A DNA stretch of 64,000 bases from Acidimicrobiales bacterium. GTDB taxonomy: Bacteria; Actinomycetota; Acidimicrobiia; Acidimicrobiales; Poriferisodalaceae. The stretch lies in assembly GCA_030743005.1 (NCBI GenBank), contig JASLTG010000013.1, positions 762 to 64,761 on the forward strand, written 5' to 3'. Numbering within the stretch: position 1 is the stretch's first letter; each line of letters opens with the position of its first letter. This document shows positions 1 through 10,252 of this stretch, one piece after another. The position numbers were made by a program, and so were the translations under genes. A model generated the notes under the pieces. The model saw only the letters and a list, made by a program, of their open reading frames with translations, was not told the origin of the DNA and did not search any database.

Positions 1-1176
1 GTCGCAGATGCTGACCGTATGCGCGAGGTGGCCAACCACGTCAAACGAACTCGAAGTCGAGGCGATGACGTCGTCTTAGTTGTCAGTGCTATGGGAAAAG
101 AAACAGATGGACTTCTTCGATTAGCCAGTGAGGTCAATGGTGATCCCCCCGGTCGCGAAATGGACATGCTCATCACTGCCGGCGAACGTAAATCCATAGC
201 TCTCATGTGTATGGCGCTGCACGCCGCTGGGGTTCCTGCTGACTCCTTTACGGGAAATCAGGCGGGATTTGAGACCGATGACAATTACGGCAATTCAAAG
301 ATTGTCTCGGTCGACCCCCATAGAGTCCGCGACTCGGTGGATAAAGGGCGAGTAGCGGTTGTAGCAGGTGCACAAGGAATGTCTGCGGACAACAACGTCA
401 CGTTTTTGGGCCGAGGTGGCTCAGATACCACAGCAGTAGCTCTTGCTCATGGACTCGGAGCTGATGCATGTGAGTTGTATACCGATGTGTCGGGTGTCTT
501 CACTACAGATCCAAGAGTCTGCCCTACAGCGAAACGCATGGAGTCAATTTCTTTCGATGAACTGTTAGAGATGACGGCTGTGGGGTGTCCGAAACCAGCG
601 ATGCGTTCGGTAGAAGTTGCCCGAGCTTTCGGAGTGCCGTTACACGTTCGATCTGCGTTTACCTGGGAACCTGGTACATGGGTGCTTGAGGAGGACCCTG
701 ATATGGAAAGAGCAATTATCAAAGGTGTAGTGCCCGACGTAAGCCAAGCCAAAGTCACCTTGAGTGGTGTTCAAGACGAGCCAGGTATAGCAGCGAAGGT
801 CTTTCGCACCCTTGCCGACGCGTCAATAAATGTTGACATGATCGTCCAAAACGTTAGTGACAGTGAACGCACTGATATTTCGTTCACCGTTCCGCTCGAA
901 GATTTAGAAGTTGCGACGACAACATGTGAGGCCCTTGCCGATCAATTGGGTTTTTCTGGGGTTATGGCCGATCCCCACCTTGGTCGCGTGTCGGTCGTGG
1001 GTGCGGGCATGGCATCTAATCCAGGCGTTGCAGCCACAATGTTTGAAACTCTGGCTCAAAACGAAGTGAATATTGAGATGATCGCCACTTCTCCGATTCG
1101 TATTAGCTGCGTAATAGCTGAACGAGATGTCGATAAAGCGACAGTTGCACTCCACACCGCTTACGGCCTGGATTGA
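1..1176 (+). CDS. lysC: aspartokinase (5' end outside window)
   Basis: The frame is open from base 1, so the ATG at 19 is internal. Kinase motifs VVSAMGKETDGLLRLA, TAGERKSIALM and LGRGGSDTTAVALA are present, with two ACT-like repeats at the C-terminus. asd follows directly, as in actinobacterial ask-asd operons. Confidence 0.9.
   Translation, partial: VADADRMREVANHVKRTRSRGDDVVLVVSAMGKETDGLLRLASEVNGDPPGREMDMLITAGERKSIALMCMALHAAGVPADSFTGNQAGFETDDNYGNSKIVSVDPHRVRDSVDKGRVAVVAGAQGMSADNNVTFLGRGGSDTTAVALAHGLGADACELYTDVSGVFTTDPRVCPTAKRMESISFDELLEMTAVGCPKPAMRSVEVARAFGVPLHVRSAFTWEPGTWVLEEDPDMERAIIKGVVPDVSQAKVTLSGVQDEPGIAAKVFRTLADASINVDMIVQNVSDSERTDISFTVPLEDLEVATTTCEALADQLGFSGVMADPHLGRVSVVGAGMASNPGVAATMFETLAQNEVNIEMIATSPIRISCVIAERDVDKATVALHTAYGLD
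703..1176 (+). CDS. lysC: candidate in-frame internal start producing the aspartokinase beta (regulatory ACT) subunit
   Basis: In-frame ATG at 703 lies 7 nt after GAGGAGGA (688..695). The product starts MERAIIKGVVPDVSQAKVTL, which resembles the Corynebacterium LysC-beta N-terminus (MEEAVLTGV...SEAKVTV) as I recall it. Confidence 0.5.
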   Translation: MERAIIKGVVPDVSQAKVTLSGVQDEPGIAAKVFRTLADASINVDMIVQNVSDSERTDISFTVPLEDLEVATTTCEALADQLGFSGVMADPHLGRVSVVGAGMASNPGVAATMFETLAQNEVNIEMIATSPIRISCVIAERDVDKATVALHTAYGLD

Positions 1177-1199
1177 AACACATCCAATAATCGCGCTGA

Positions 1200-2557
<1,358 letters not shown>

Positions 2558-2690
2558 GACATGACGTTAGGTCCCCAAATCGTTACGAAGCGACATCCCG
2601 TTGCGAGGCATGAAACAGTGGATGCGTGCCAATCAATATTTGCCCCGTAGTCTTGTACGTCTTGGACCGTTTCGATGGGTGCGACCACAG

Positions 2691-3341
2691 ATGAAAAAAA
2701 CTCTGACCGTCATACTTATAGTGATGCTCAGCGTGGCGTGCGTTGTCACAATTGTCATCGGAATATCGGGCACCACCAAGAAAACCGCAACCCCAGAGAT
2801 CGCTGAACCCCTATCCAGTCGGATTATTAAACCCGCTGAAGGTAACGGGACAACATCTGAGGCGGTTCACAACGTCGTCATCGAAGGCCCAGCACAACGG
2901 TTGAACAATATGGCTGCGGGCACCATCACCTGGCTCCCGAAGCCTGGCGATTTCATTGAGTTCGGAAGTGCCCTGTACACAGTTGACGACAAACCCGTCA
3001 TATTAATGAAGGGTTCCTTGCCTATGCATCGAGACATCGCGTACAAGGGTTCTGATGGTCCTGATGTGGCACAGCTAGAACGCAATTTGGTTGATCTCGG
3101 GTATGTGCTTGATGAGGCCGTGACCGGTCAGTCCACCGATCTCACCGTTGACCACCATGTCACACCCCTAACGGTATCCTCGATCCAAGCCTGGCAAGAA
3201 TCACTAGGTGTGATGTCCACTGGAACAGTTAGTCATAGTGATGTGGTTTTTCGGCCAGAAGTTGTGCAAGTTTCAGAACTACACGTCAGCCTCGGTGACC
3301 CCATAGAAGGCGGGAGTGTTCTCTCGGTCCTAATCAACTGA
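2691..3341 (+). CDS. membrane-anchored protein with a peptidoglycan-binding-like domain
   Basis: ATG at 2691 gives MKKTLTVILIVMLSVACVV, a signal or TM anchor. GSDGPDVAQLERNLVDLGY resembles a PG_binding_1 motif. The TTG at 2601 used by the track is less likely. Confidence 0.5.
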   Translation: MKKTLTVILIVMLSVACVVTIVIGISGTTKKTATPEIAEPLSSRIIKPAEGNGTTSEAVHNVVIEGPAQRLNNMAAGTITWLPKPGDFIEFGSALYTVDDKPVILMKGSLPMHRDIAYKGSDGPDVAQLERNLVDLGYVLDEAVTGQSTDLTVDHHVTPLTVSSIQAWQESLGVMSTGTVSHSDVVFRPEVVQVSELHVSLGDPIEGGSVLSVLIN

Positions 3342-3387
3342 CCTAGGTTATGAACAACTAATTGAGAGAAAGAGCCACTTAGCAGTC

Positions 3388-4290
3388 ATGGAGACAGGAG
3401 CACTCGAAACACGATTGAGTTCTGAACTGCGAGAATTTGAACTCGAGGCTTTCCTGCTGCAGTTAGAAGTCAATGGTCTATGTGTTGTCCCACCTGAGAA
3501 AACCGGTGTCGACTCCGAAACGATCACAGCCATAAGAGAACAACTGCTGTGCGAAGCCGAGGAACTTGTCGGGTGCGGTTTTGATTTAGGGACTGGTCCT
3601 GAGGCCGAATTGACAATGAATGCAGATGACAACGTCCTCGCGCGTACCACCGGAGACGATGGTGAACCAACCCAATTCTTGGTCCAACAGCTTTGCGCTC
3701 GTCATCGCCTGTTTCGGGATTTAGCAATTAACCCGGTAGCGCTAGCGCTGATTCGCCACCTCATCGGCCGAAATGCCACCCGCTTTAGTAGCCATAATGC
3801 TTTCGTCAAATGGCAGGGAGAGTTCGGATACGGAAGCAATCTTGGTCTGCATTGCGATCAGTTGGCTGTCCCGCGTCCGTGGGGGCGAAATGCGTTAACC
3901 GCTAACACAAACTGGTGTCTCACTGACTACACCCTGGATGGGGGAGCGCTCGCGTATGTGCCCGGCTCACATCGCAGAATGGAACCACCCCGTTTTCCCG
4001 AAGCAGTTGAACTAGCTGTCCCGGTGGAAGCCCCAGCTGGATCACTAATCGTGTTCCACGGCGCGACATGGCACGGGGCTTTCCCTCGCCACACCCGCGG
4101 GATGCGCCTGTCGATAGCGAACTATTTCCGTCACTACATGATCTTGCCGCAGGACGACATAAAGAATCTCTTCCCCAGAGATTTAGCCGACGACTGCTCG
4201 AATCCTGAAGTCTTCAAGTTCTTGGCGGGGTTTGCAGATGAATTTCCCTATTCACAACCAACCGAAAGAATTCCCCGGCTCACTTCGTGA
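3388..4290 (+). CDS. phytanoyl-CoA dioxygenase (PhyH) family Fe(II)/2OG oxygenase
   Basis: HCDQ (HxD) together with GSLIVFHGATWHGAFP, a typical PhyH facial triad and C-terminal His. Confidence 0.7.
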   Translation: METGALETRLSSELREFELEAFLLQLEVNGLCVVPPEKTGVDSETITAIREQLLCEAEELVGCGFDLGTGPEAELTMNADDNVLARTTGDDGEPTQFLVQQLCARHRLFRDLAINPVALALIRHLIGRNATRFSSHNAFVKWQGEFGYGSNLGLHCDQLAVPRPWGRNALTANTNWCLTDYTLDGGALAYVPGSHRRMEPPRFPEAVELAVPVEAPAGSLIVFHGATWHGAFPRHTRGMRLSIANYFRHYMILPQDDIKNLFPRDLADDCSNPEVFKFLAGFADEFPYSQPTERIPRLTS

Positions 4291-4300
4291 GATACCTGAC

Positions 4301-5314
4301 CTAGACCGGAGCGTCAGCGTTAATCACAATTTTGCCGAAGAACTTTCGTTCTTCTAGGGCCTGGTGAGCAGCAACACCATCTTTTAGGGAAACTTGAGAA
4401 TCAATCACAGGAGAGAAGTCGCCCCTTTGGGTTAAGTCCAGTAGTTGATCAAGATCACTACGTTTCCAACCATTTGACCCACGGATGTCCATCTCCGCCG
4501 TCCAAATAAAACGCAAATCAGTCGGCGGGTCGAATCCGGCGGTAGCTCCACAGGTCAGCACTTGTCCACCTAGTTTCACGCATTTGAGCGACCGTGCCCA
4601 CGTATCACCACCCGTGAAATTCACCACTACGTCGTATCCACCGCCACTGAAAAGGCTGCCCGTCTTTTCTCTGCAGTACTTCACAAAATCGGTAGTGCTG
4701 TAGTTGATTGTTTCGTCGGCACCCAAAGACAGCAGTTGCGCACACTTGTCGTCGGTGCCAGCAGCAGCAATTACAGAAGCACCACGCATCTTGGCTAATA
4801 ACAACGCGCTTGTGCCAACGCCACCACTCGCGCCCAAAATAAGAACAGAATCACCGGCGTTGACGTCACCTCGGGTCAACATCATCCGATGCGCGGTGCC
4901 GTAGGCGACTGGTAGGCATGAAGCGTCATCGAACGAGACATCTGCCGGAAGTGAAATGAGTTGTTCAGCAGATACCACCACATATTCCGCGTAGGCACCC
5001 CACAAGGTGTCCCCAAGCATCCACATCTTCCCGTTTTCATAGCGAACCGGATCGACAAGAACTCGATCTCCGACTGCCCAGTCGTCAATATCGTCTGCGA
5101 CTTCCGACACTATGCCAGCACAATCACAGCCAGGAATACCGGGCAATGGAACCTTTATTCCTGGCATCCCCTGACGGGTAAAGACATCGTGATAGTTCAA
5201 TGAACAGGCTCGGACAGCGACGCGAACCTGGCCTGGTTGTAGACCTGGTTCTTCGATATCTCGATATTTAAGAACATCAATTGACCCATGTTCATCAAAG
5301 ACAATTGCTTTCAT
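4301..5314 (-). CDS. zinc-type alcohol dehydrogenase / quinone oxidoreductase (MDR superfamily)
   Basis: GroES-like N-terminus (MKAIVFDEHG..VRVAVRACSLNYHD) and Rossmann motif LILGASGGVGTSALLLAK. Confidence 0.85.
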   Translation of the reverse strand: MKAIVFDEHGSIDVLKYRDIEEPGLQPGQVRVAVRACSLNYHDVFTRQGMPGIKVPLPGIPGCDCAGIVSEVADDIDDWAVGDRVLVDPVRYENGKMWMLGDTLWGAYAEYVVVSAEQLISLPADVSFDDASCLPVAYGTAHRMMLTRGDVNAGDSVLILGASGGVGTSALLLAKMRGASVIAAAGTDDKCAQLLSLGADETINYSTTDFVKYCREKTGSLFSGGGYDVVVNFTGGDTWARSLKCVKLGGQVLTCGATAGFDPPTDLRFIWTAEMDIRGSNGWKRSDLDQLLDLTQRGDFSPVIDSQVSLKDGVAAHQALEERKFFGKIVINADAPV

Positions 5315-6804
5315 TGGACATCCCTATCCGGAGTTACGAGTTCTTCCGCCTGTTTAGTGAGAGCAGCCCGATCAACTTTGGCTGTTGAAGCAAGTGGTAT
5401 CTCATCAACGAACCAGACATGTCGAGGATGAGCGTATGGGGGGCCATGTTCGAGTGCGAAACGCTTGAGTTCCTCAGCGTTCAGCTGAGCTCCGGATTCA
5501 ATGCGAACAAAGGCTGTTGGTAACTGGCCCTTTAGATCGTCAGCCACTGGCACGACTACTGCTTGATGGACGGCCTCATGCTGCTCCAACATTTGTTCTA
5601 CTGAATCTGGGTAGATGTTTTCCCCGGCGCAAACGAACATGTCATCGACCCGGCCCACGAAGAAATACCAGCCGTCGTCGTCTCGGCTCATTAGATCTCC
5701 TGTGTGGTACCAACCATCGGTGAGCCTTTCGGCGTTAGCAGCAGGAAGATCGTGGTAGCCCTTCATCACTCCCTTTGAGCGGACCCATAGTTCACCATGG
5801 TTAGATTCAGCGCCGTTTTCGGGATCGACAAGTTTGAGTTCTACTTTGGGGTGTTGGTAGCCGAGAGCAATTTTTGGCCTGGGGAGACCGTCAGGGTGAG
5901 GACCAAATTCAAGAACCGCTTCGGTCGTGCCATAACCATTAGTTACATGGGCATCCGGGAAGAGGGCCTGAACGTCGTCGAAAAGGGCTTCGGTCATTGG
6001 TGCAGAGCCGATTAAGACCCTTTGAACCGATGACAGGTCATAGGTAACAGGGGATTCGTGCAGTTCGGCCGTGATGAGGGCGTACATGGTTGGTACCCCT
6101 GAACACATGGAGACTCGGTGGTCGTTAATTGCCTCAAGGTAGCCGCGTGCCGAGAACTGGGGTAGAAGGACCACTTGACCTCCGCTGGCGAACGCCAGCT
6201 TTGAAGCCATCGAGGCGTTCTTGTGGTAGAGCGGTGCAGATACAAGCATCACCTCCCCGGGAAGCGCTGCACCGTACTCAAGAACCGTAAAAGTCACGTT
6301 TTCATGAGATAGCAGCACCCCCTTAGGCTGCCCAGTAGAACCCGATGTATAGATCTGAATCGCGACGTCGCCGGGCTCCACTTCGGCGAGGTCATCAAGG
6401 GGAACACCAGCCATAATCTCGGTCCACTCCGTTGAACCAATCACGATGGATGGGACCGACGCCAACGAAGCGGCATGTCCCGCGTCCGTAACGAGTAGTT
6501 CGATTTTGGCGTCGCTGGCGATGTATTCGAGAGTGGATGCAGGAAGACGTGTATTCAACGGTACGAACACCATTCCCGCAGCTGGAGCACCGAACATTAC
6601 GATGTAGTACTCACTCAGGTTGCTTGCCAGCATCCCAACCCGAGAACCCGGAGCCAGTCCACGATTTACGAGCGCGGCCGCAAATACCCTCACTTGATTT
6701 TGTATCTGGGTGACCGTCAACCTTTCGGCTGGCTCTTTGGATCGATCGACTAGGGCAATGCTCTCCGGGTCAGGAGTTTGATCGAGAAGCTCTGCGACGT
6801 TCAT
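5311..6804 (-). CDS. AMP-dependent acyl-CoA synthetase/ligase
   Basis: AMP-binding signature IYTSGSTGQPKGV, plus YHTGDL and GRVDDMFVCAGENIYP. Overlaps the downstream MDR gene by 4 nt. Confidence 0.85.
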   Translation of the reverse strand: MNVAELLDQTPDPESIALVDRSKEPAERLTVTQIQNQVRVFAAALVNRGLAPGSRVGMLASNLSEYYIVMFGAPAAGMVFVPLNTRLPASTLEYIASDAKIELLVTDAGHAASLASVPSIVIGSTEWTEIMAGVPLDDLAEVEPGDVAIQIYTSGSTGQPKGVLLSHENVTFTVLEYGAALPGEVMLVSAPLYHKNASMASKLAFASGGQVVLLPQFSARGYLEAINDHRVSMCSGVPTMYALITAELHESPVTYDLSSVQRVLIGSAPMTEALFDDVQALFPDAHVTNGYGTTEAVLEFGPHPDGLPRPKIALGYQHPKVELKLVDPENGAESNHGELWVRSKGVMKGYHDLPAANAERLTDGWYHTGDLMSRDDDGWYFFVGRVDDMFVCAGENIYPDSVEQMLEQHEAVHQAVVVPVADDLKGQLPTAFVRIESGAQLNAEELKRFALEHGPPYAHPRHVWFVDEIPLASTAKVDRAALTKQAEELVTPDRDVQ

Positions 6805-6812
6805 CGAATTGA

Positions 6813-7526
6813 TTATCCCAAAACTTCAGGCTCGCATGTCATCAAAATCTCGGCAACAGTTGCGGTGTTGGGAAGTTTGACGATCGTTGCAACAGTTTCG
6901 GCTAGGTCTTCAGGTTGGATCATGATGGAAGGGTCAACACCGAATGTAGAGGTCATGTCGGTTTCGACGTAACCCGGACAGATCGCGGTGACCCTTATGC
7001 CGTCATCGAATGTCGCGTGTCTTACAGCGTGATGCAAAGCGAGGAAGGCGTGTTTGGTCATTGCGTACCCGGGGGCAAATGTTCCCTTAACTCTCTTACC
7101 TGATAGAGACACCACGTTGATGATTCGCCCTTCACCTGAGGCCGCAAGTAAGGAGCGGGCTTCCTGGATGAGGCGGAGCGGACCTTTGACGTTCACGGCC
7201 CACATTTCATCCAAGATTTCCTCGGATAAGTCGGCTAACCCCTCCATGTGGCCAATCCCAGCGTTGTTCGTAAGTCCGTCTATGCGTCCTCGTAAATCGG
7301 CGGTCGCTTGCACCCAAGCGTCTCCGCTGGCCGGGTCAAGAGCGTCGTAGCTATGGCACGAAACATTTTGATCAGCCCATCCCTGGATTGATGCTTCGAG
7401 TTGGTCGACGTTTCTCGCGCCGAGACTTACGACCCAACCATCTGAATGGAATTGACGGGCCAACGCCGCACCTATACCGCGGTTGGCACCACTAACCATC
7501 ATCACTCGACCTTGTGGGTCAATCAC
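6813..7526 (-). CDS. short-chain dehydrogenase/reductase (SDR)
   Basis: Cofactor motif VSGANRGIGAALA, NNAG, and a YAMTKHA catalytic YxxxK. Confidence 0.85.
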   Translation of the reverse strand: MIDPQGRVMMVSGANRGIGAALARQFHSDGWVVSLGARNVDQLEASIQGWADQNVSCHSYDALDPASGDAWVQATADLRGRIDGLTNNAGIGHMEGLADLSEEILDEMWAVNVKGPLRLIQEARSLLAASGEGRIINVVSLSGKRVKGTFAPGYAMTKHAFLALHHAVRHATFDDGIRVTAICPGYVETDMTSTFGVDPSIMIQPEDLAETVATIVKLPNTATVAEILMTCEPEVLG

Positions 7527-7713
7527 TTCAAAATCCCCCTACCTTCTTTTGGGTGTAACCGTAATCATGTGTTGGTCAGAGTTTCGCATGAGCAGTGTCT
7601 CGGTGATCAAACGAATTGGCGACAGAAAAGAGACGTTGTCAAAGGTCATCCCCGAGAATGTGCCTCCGACGGTCTCGCGACGAATCAAAAACTCGCGAGA
7701 TGGGGCCAATTAA

Positions 7714-7790
<77 letters not shown>

Positions 7791-7856
7791 TCAGACCGTT
7801 CTGGAACCCACGACGCTACAGCAAATAGAACTTAATTCCCCGATTGACCGATACGT

Positions 7857-8342
7857 CTAACCGACTTCAGCAGGCTCGTCGTTTTGATTTTCGTCACCCT
7901 CTGCAACGAGATCTTCTGGCGTAATTGAATCGGATTTGCTTGCTGAAACATCGATAATCTCGTCCCGCATGTCCTCGCCGGCTAGAAGCTTGACTGAGGC
8001 CACCTTCAAGCGGAAGGAATCCAAGGGCTTTACTAGCCAACCTTGAGCTCCGGCTTGTTGGGCCAGATATACGTCTGCTGAGCGGTCCAAAAGCATCAGT
8101 ATTGGGACGTTGGTGATTCTCCCAGCACCAATTTCAAGTTGAAGATCCATGCATGTCGCCATGCCACCCATGTTGCCGATCTGTAGGTCAAGAATGACCA
8201 ACTCGGGACTTTGAGTAGACACTGCATACCGAACATCGGCGCCTGCGCGGACCACCATTACGTCGGTGCCTGGATCACTCAGAGCAGAGCGCACCTCTTC
8301 GATCAACCAATCTGCATCACTTGCTAAAAGGACAGTAGTCAC
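7857..8342 (-). CDS. single-domain response regulator (CheY-like receiver) with an acidic C-terminal tail
   Basis: Receiver pattern LLASDAD...[13 protein letters not shown]...KP. No output domain is present. Confidence 0.7.
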   Translation of the reverse strand: MTTVLLASDADWLIEEVRSALSDPGTDVMVVRAGADVRYAVSTQSPELVILDLQIGNMGGMATCMDLQLEIGAGRITNVPILMLLDRSADVYLAQQAGAQGWLVKPLDSFRLKVASVKLLAGEDMRDEIIDVSASKSDSITPEDLVAEGDENQNDEPAEVG

Positions 8343-8444
8343 TGCTCACGAGGCTAGTCGCGGTGAACGTGACATAGAGGCGTCAATAGCATCGGGTCTA
8401 AGAGAATGGGAGAGTGTTCGGGTCTCTGTAGTCTTGGCGAGACA

Positions 8445-9830
8445 ATGAGTGAATGGCAACGTGGTGAAGCTTTGACCAAATTGAATCCCACGCTTCGTTT
8501 GGGTGCGGTATCCGTAGCCGTTTGCGCCATTTTGCTTGGCCTGTACTGGTCTCCAGCGGCTGCCCACACAGGTCATGAACACTCCCGCGAAATCCAAATA
8601 ATTGAAGTGAGCGGCCTCCTGGATCCCATAGAAATTGATTACATCAATTTGCAACTGGACAATGCTCAACGGAATTGGGCGCTAGCCATTGTCATCCAGA
8701 TCAACAGCCCAGGTGAAGCAGCGAACCAACAACAAATTCAGGACCTTCTGCAAAACGTTGAAGGTTCACTCGTGCCTGTCGGAGCGTGGATAGGTCAGAG
8801 CGGAGCTACCGCTAAAGGCGCCGCCGCTCATTTGGTAGATGCAGCCCACTTTTCCGGTATTGCTCCAGGAAGTCGAATGGGCAATTTAGGAGATTTCGAT
8901 GTTTCCGAAGAGTCCGGTTCGGCAGTAGGAGCAACCGAGTTACTGCGCGGCGAAGAAGCAGTCACAGCGGGCCTCGTCGATGTGATGGCCCCCACTTTGG
9001 GCGAATTTTTGTTGGCAATGGAAGACGTCGGTCTGATCGAGAAAATCTCCACAGAACTTGAACGAGCTGATGGGCTCGTTCAACGATCAGTCGCTGACGA
9101 TGTCAGAGTTACGTTTAACAAGTTGTCACTCGTTGATCAGTTGTTTCATACCGTCGCTAGCCCCGCTGTTGCATATCTTTTGTTGCTTGTTGGTATGTCA
9201 ATGTTGCTACTCGACTTCTTCACTGGCGGCATCGGTGTGGCCGGGGGAGTTGGCTGTGGCTCGCTTCTATTTGCCTGCTATGGGCTCGGAGTTCTCGACG
9301 TCCGTTTGTGGGCGCTGGTGCTTCTGGTAGTTGCGATGTTTGGATTCGCCATTGACCTTCAAACGGGCGTGCCGAGGTTTTGGACAGTCGTTGGCGTCGC
9401 GTCTTTGGCAGTTGGCTCCCTTCGCCTATTTGCTTCTCATTCAGTGAGTTGGTTGACGTTGCTGGGAGGCATAGGACTCACCCTCGCATTTGTGTTCTCA
9501 GGGATGCCGGCATTGGTTCGTACAAGGTACGGAACGAGCACTCTGGGTAGGGATTGGATGATTGGCCAAATGGCATCTGCTTCAACAGATCTAGCTCCCG
9601 AGGGCATAGTCGTATATGAACAAGCTCAGTGGCGAGCTCGAGTTAACCGACTTACACCTATCAAAGAAGGCGAACCGGCTCGGATTGTTGGAATTGAGGG
9701 GCTGGTTCTCGAGGTTGAACCTGAAGAAGGCGGCGCCGTTGATTACCGAGAGATGCGACAACGACAGCCTTCAGAAGTAGAGGCCCCCGAGCAACAAACG
9801 GGCCAGTCATCGAGTGAAAACGATCAATAA
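8445..9830 (+). CDS. NfeD-like membrane-bound ClpP-class serine protease
   Basis: ATG at 8445 followed by a signal/TM segment. There is a ClpP-like region (EVSGLLDPIEIDYINLQL..IQINSPGE), several TM helices, and a C-terminal OB-like NfeD tail (WRARVNRLTPIKEGEPARIVGIEGLVLEVE). Confidence 0.7.
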   Translation: MSEWQRGEALTKLNPTLRLGAVSVAVCAILLGLYWSPAAAHTGHEHSREIQIIEVSGLLDPIEIDYINLQLDNAQRNWALAIVIQINSPGEAANQQQIQDLLQNVEGSLVPVGAWIGQSGATAKGAAAHLVDAAHFSGIAPGSRMGNLGDFDVSEESGSAVGATELLRGEEAVTAGLVDVMAPTLGEFLLAMEDVGLIEKISTELERADGLVQRSVADDVRVTFNKLSLVDQLFHTVASPAVAYLLLLVGMSMLLLDFFTGGIGVAGGVGCGSLLFACYGLGVLDVRLWALVLLVVAMFGFAIDLQTGVPRFWTVVGVASLAVGSLRLFASHSVSWLTLLGGIGLTLAFVFSGMPALVRTRYGTSTLGRDWMIGQMASASTDLAPEGIVVYEQAQWRARVNRLTPIKEGEPARIVGIEGLVLEVEPEEGGAVDYREMRQRQPSEVEAPEQQTGQSSSENDQ

Positions 9831-9940
9831 CACCTGTAAGCAAGGGTTTTCAAAAATTGAATCGTTTTTCGATTTTTTCTTGCGATCTGCTTATTCGCGC
9901 GCCTAGATTGCCTCCGGAGGGACATTGGGGGAAGCGAATT

Positions 9941-10213
9941 ATGGCTGCACTGCCTGATGACAGTTGGGAACACAAGGCCGCGTGTAGAGGACCGCAATCG
10001 ACGGTTTTCTTTCCGCCGCCAAGGTTTGAACGTAAAGACGAAAAGCTAAATCGTGAAGCAAGAGCTCGGGCCATCTGTGCCCAATGCTCTGTGAAAGAAG
10101 ATTGTCTTTCATATGCTTTAGACATCCGTGAACCACACGGAATCTGGGGCGGTGCAAATGAGGCCGAACGGCGACAGATGTTGCTTGTCCTCGACGGCGA
10201 GATCGTCTCTTAG
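9941..10213 (+). CDS. WhiB-family Fe-S transcriptional regulator
   Basis: Four-Cys pattern (C..x..CAQCSVKEDC) and GIWGG turn. The ATG at 9941 is preferred over the track start at 9857. Confidence 0.85.
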   Translation: MAALPDDSWEHKAACRGPQSTVFFPPPRFERKDEKLNREARARAICAQCSVKEDCLSYALDIREPHGIWGGANEAERRQMLLVLDGEIVS

Positions 10214-10252
10214 ATCCAAAACCTGCCATCTGGCAAGGTCAACTTGGAATGA

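Noticed and set aside
7673-7700. 8-bp perfect inverted repeat TCTCGCGA-N12-TCGCGAGA just downstream of tRNA-Pro on the minus strand
   Set aside because: It could be a processing or termination hairpin, but no U-tract follows on either strand and I have no second copy or known motif to support a call.
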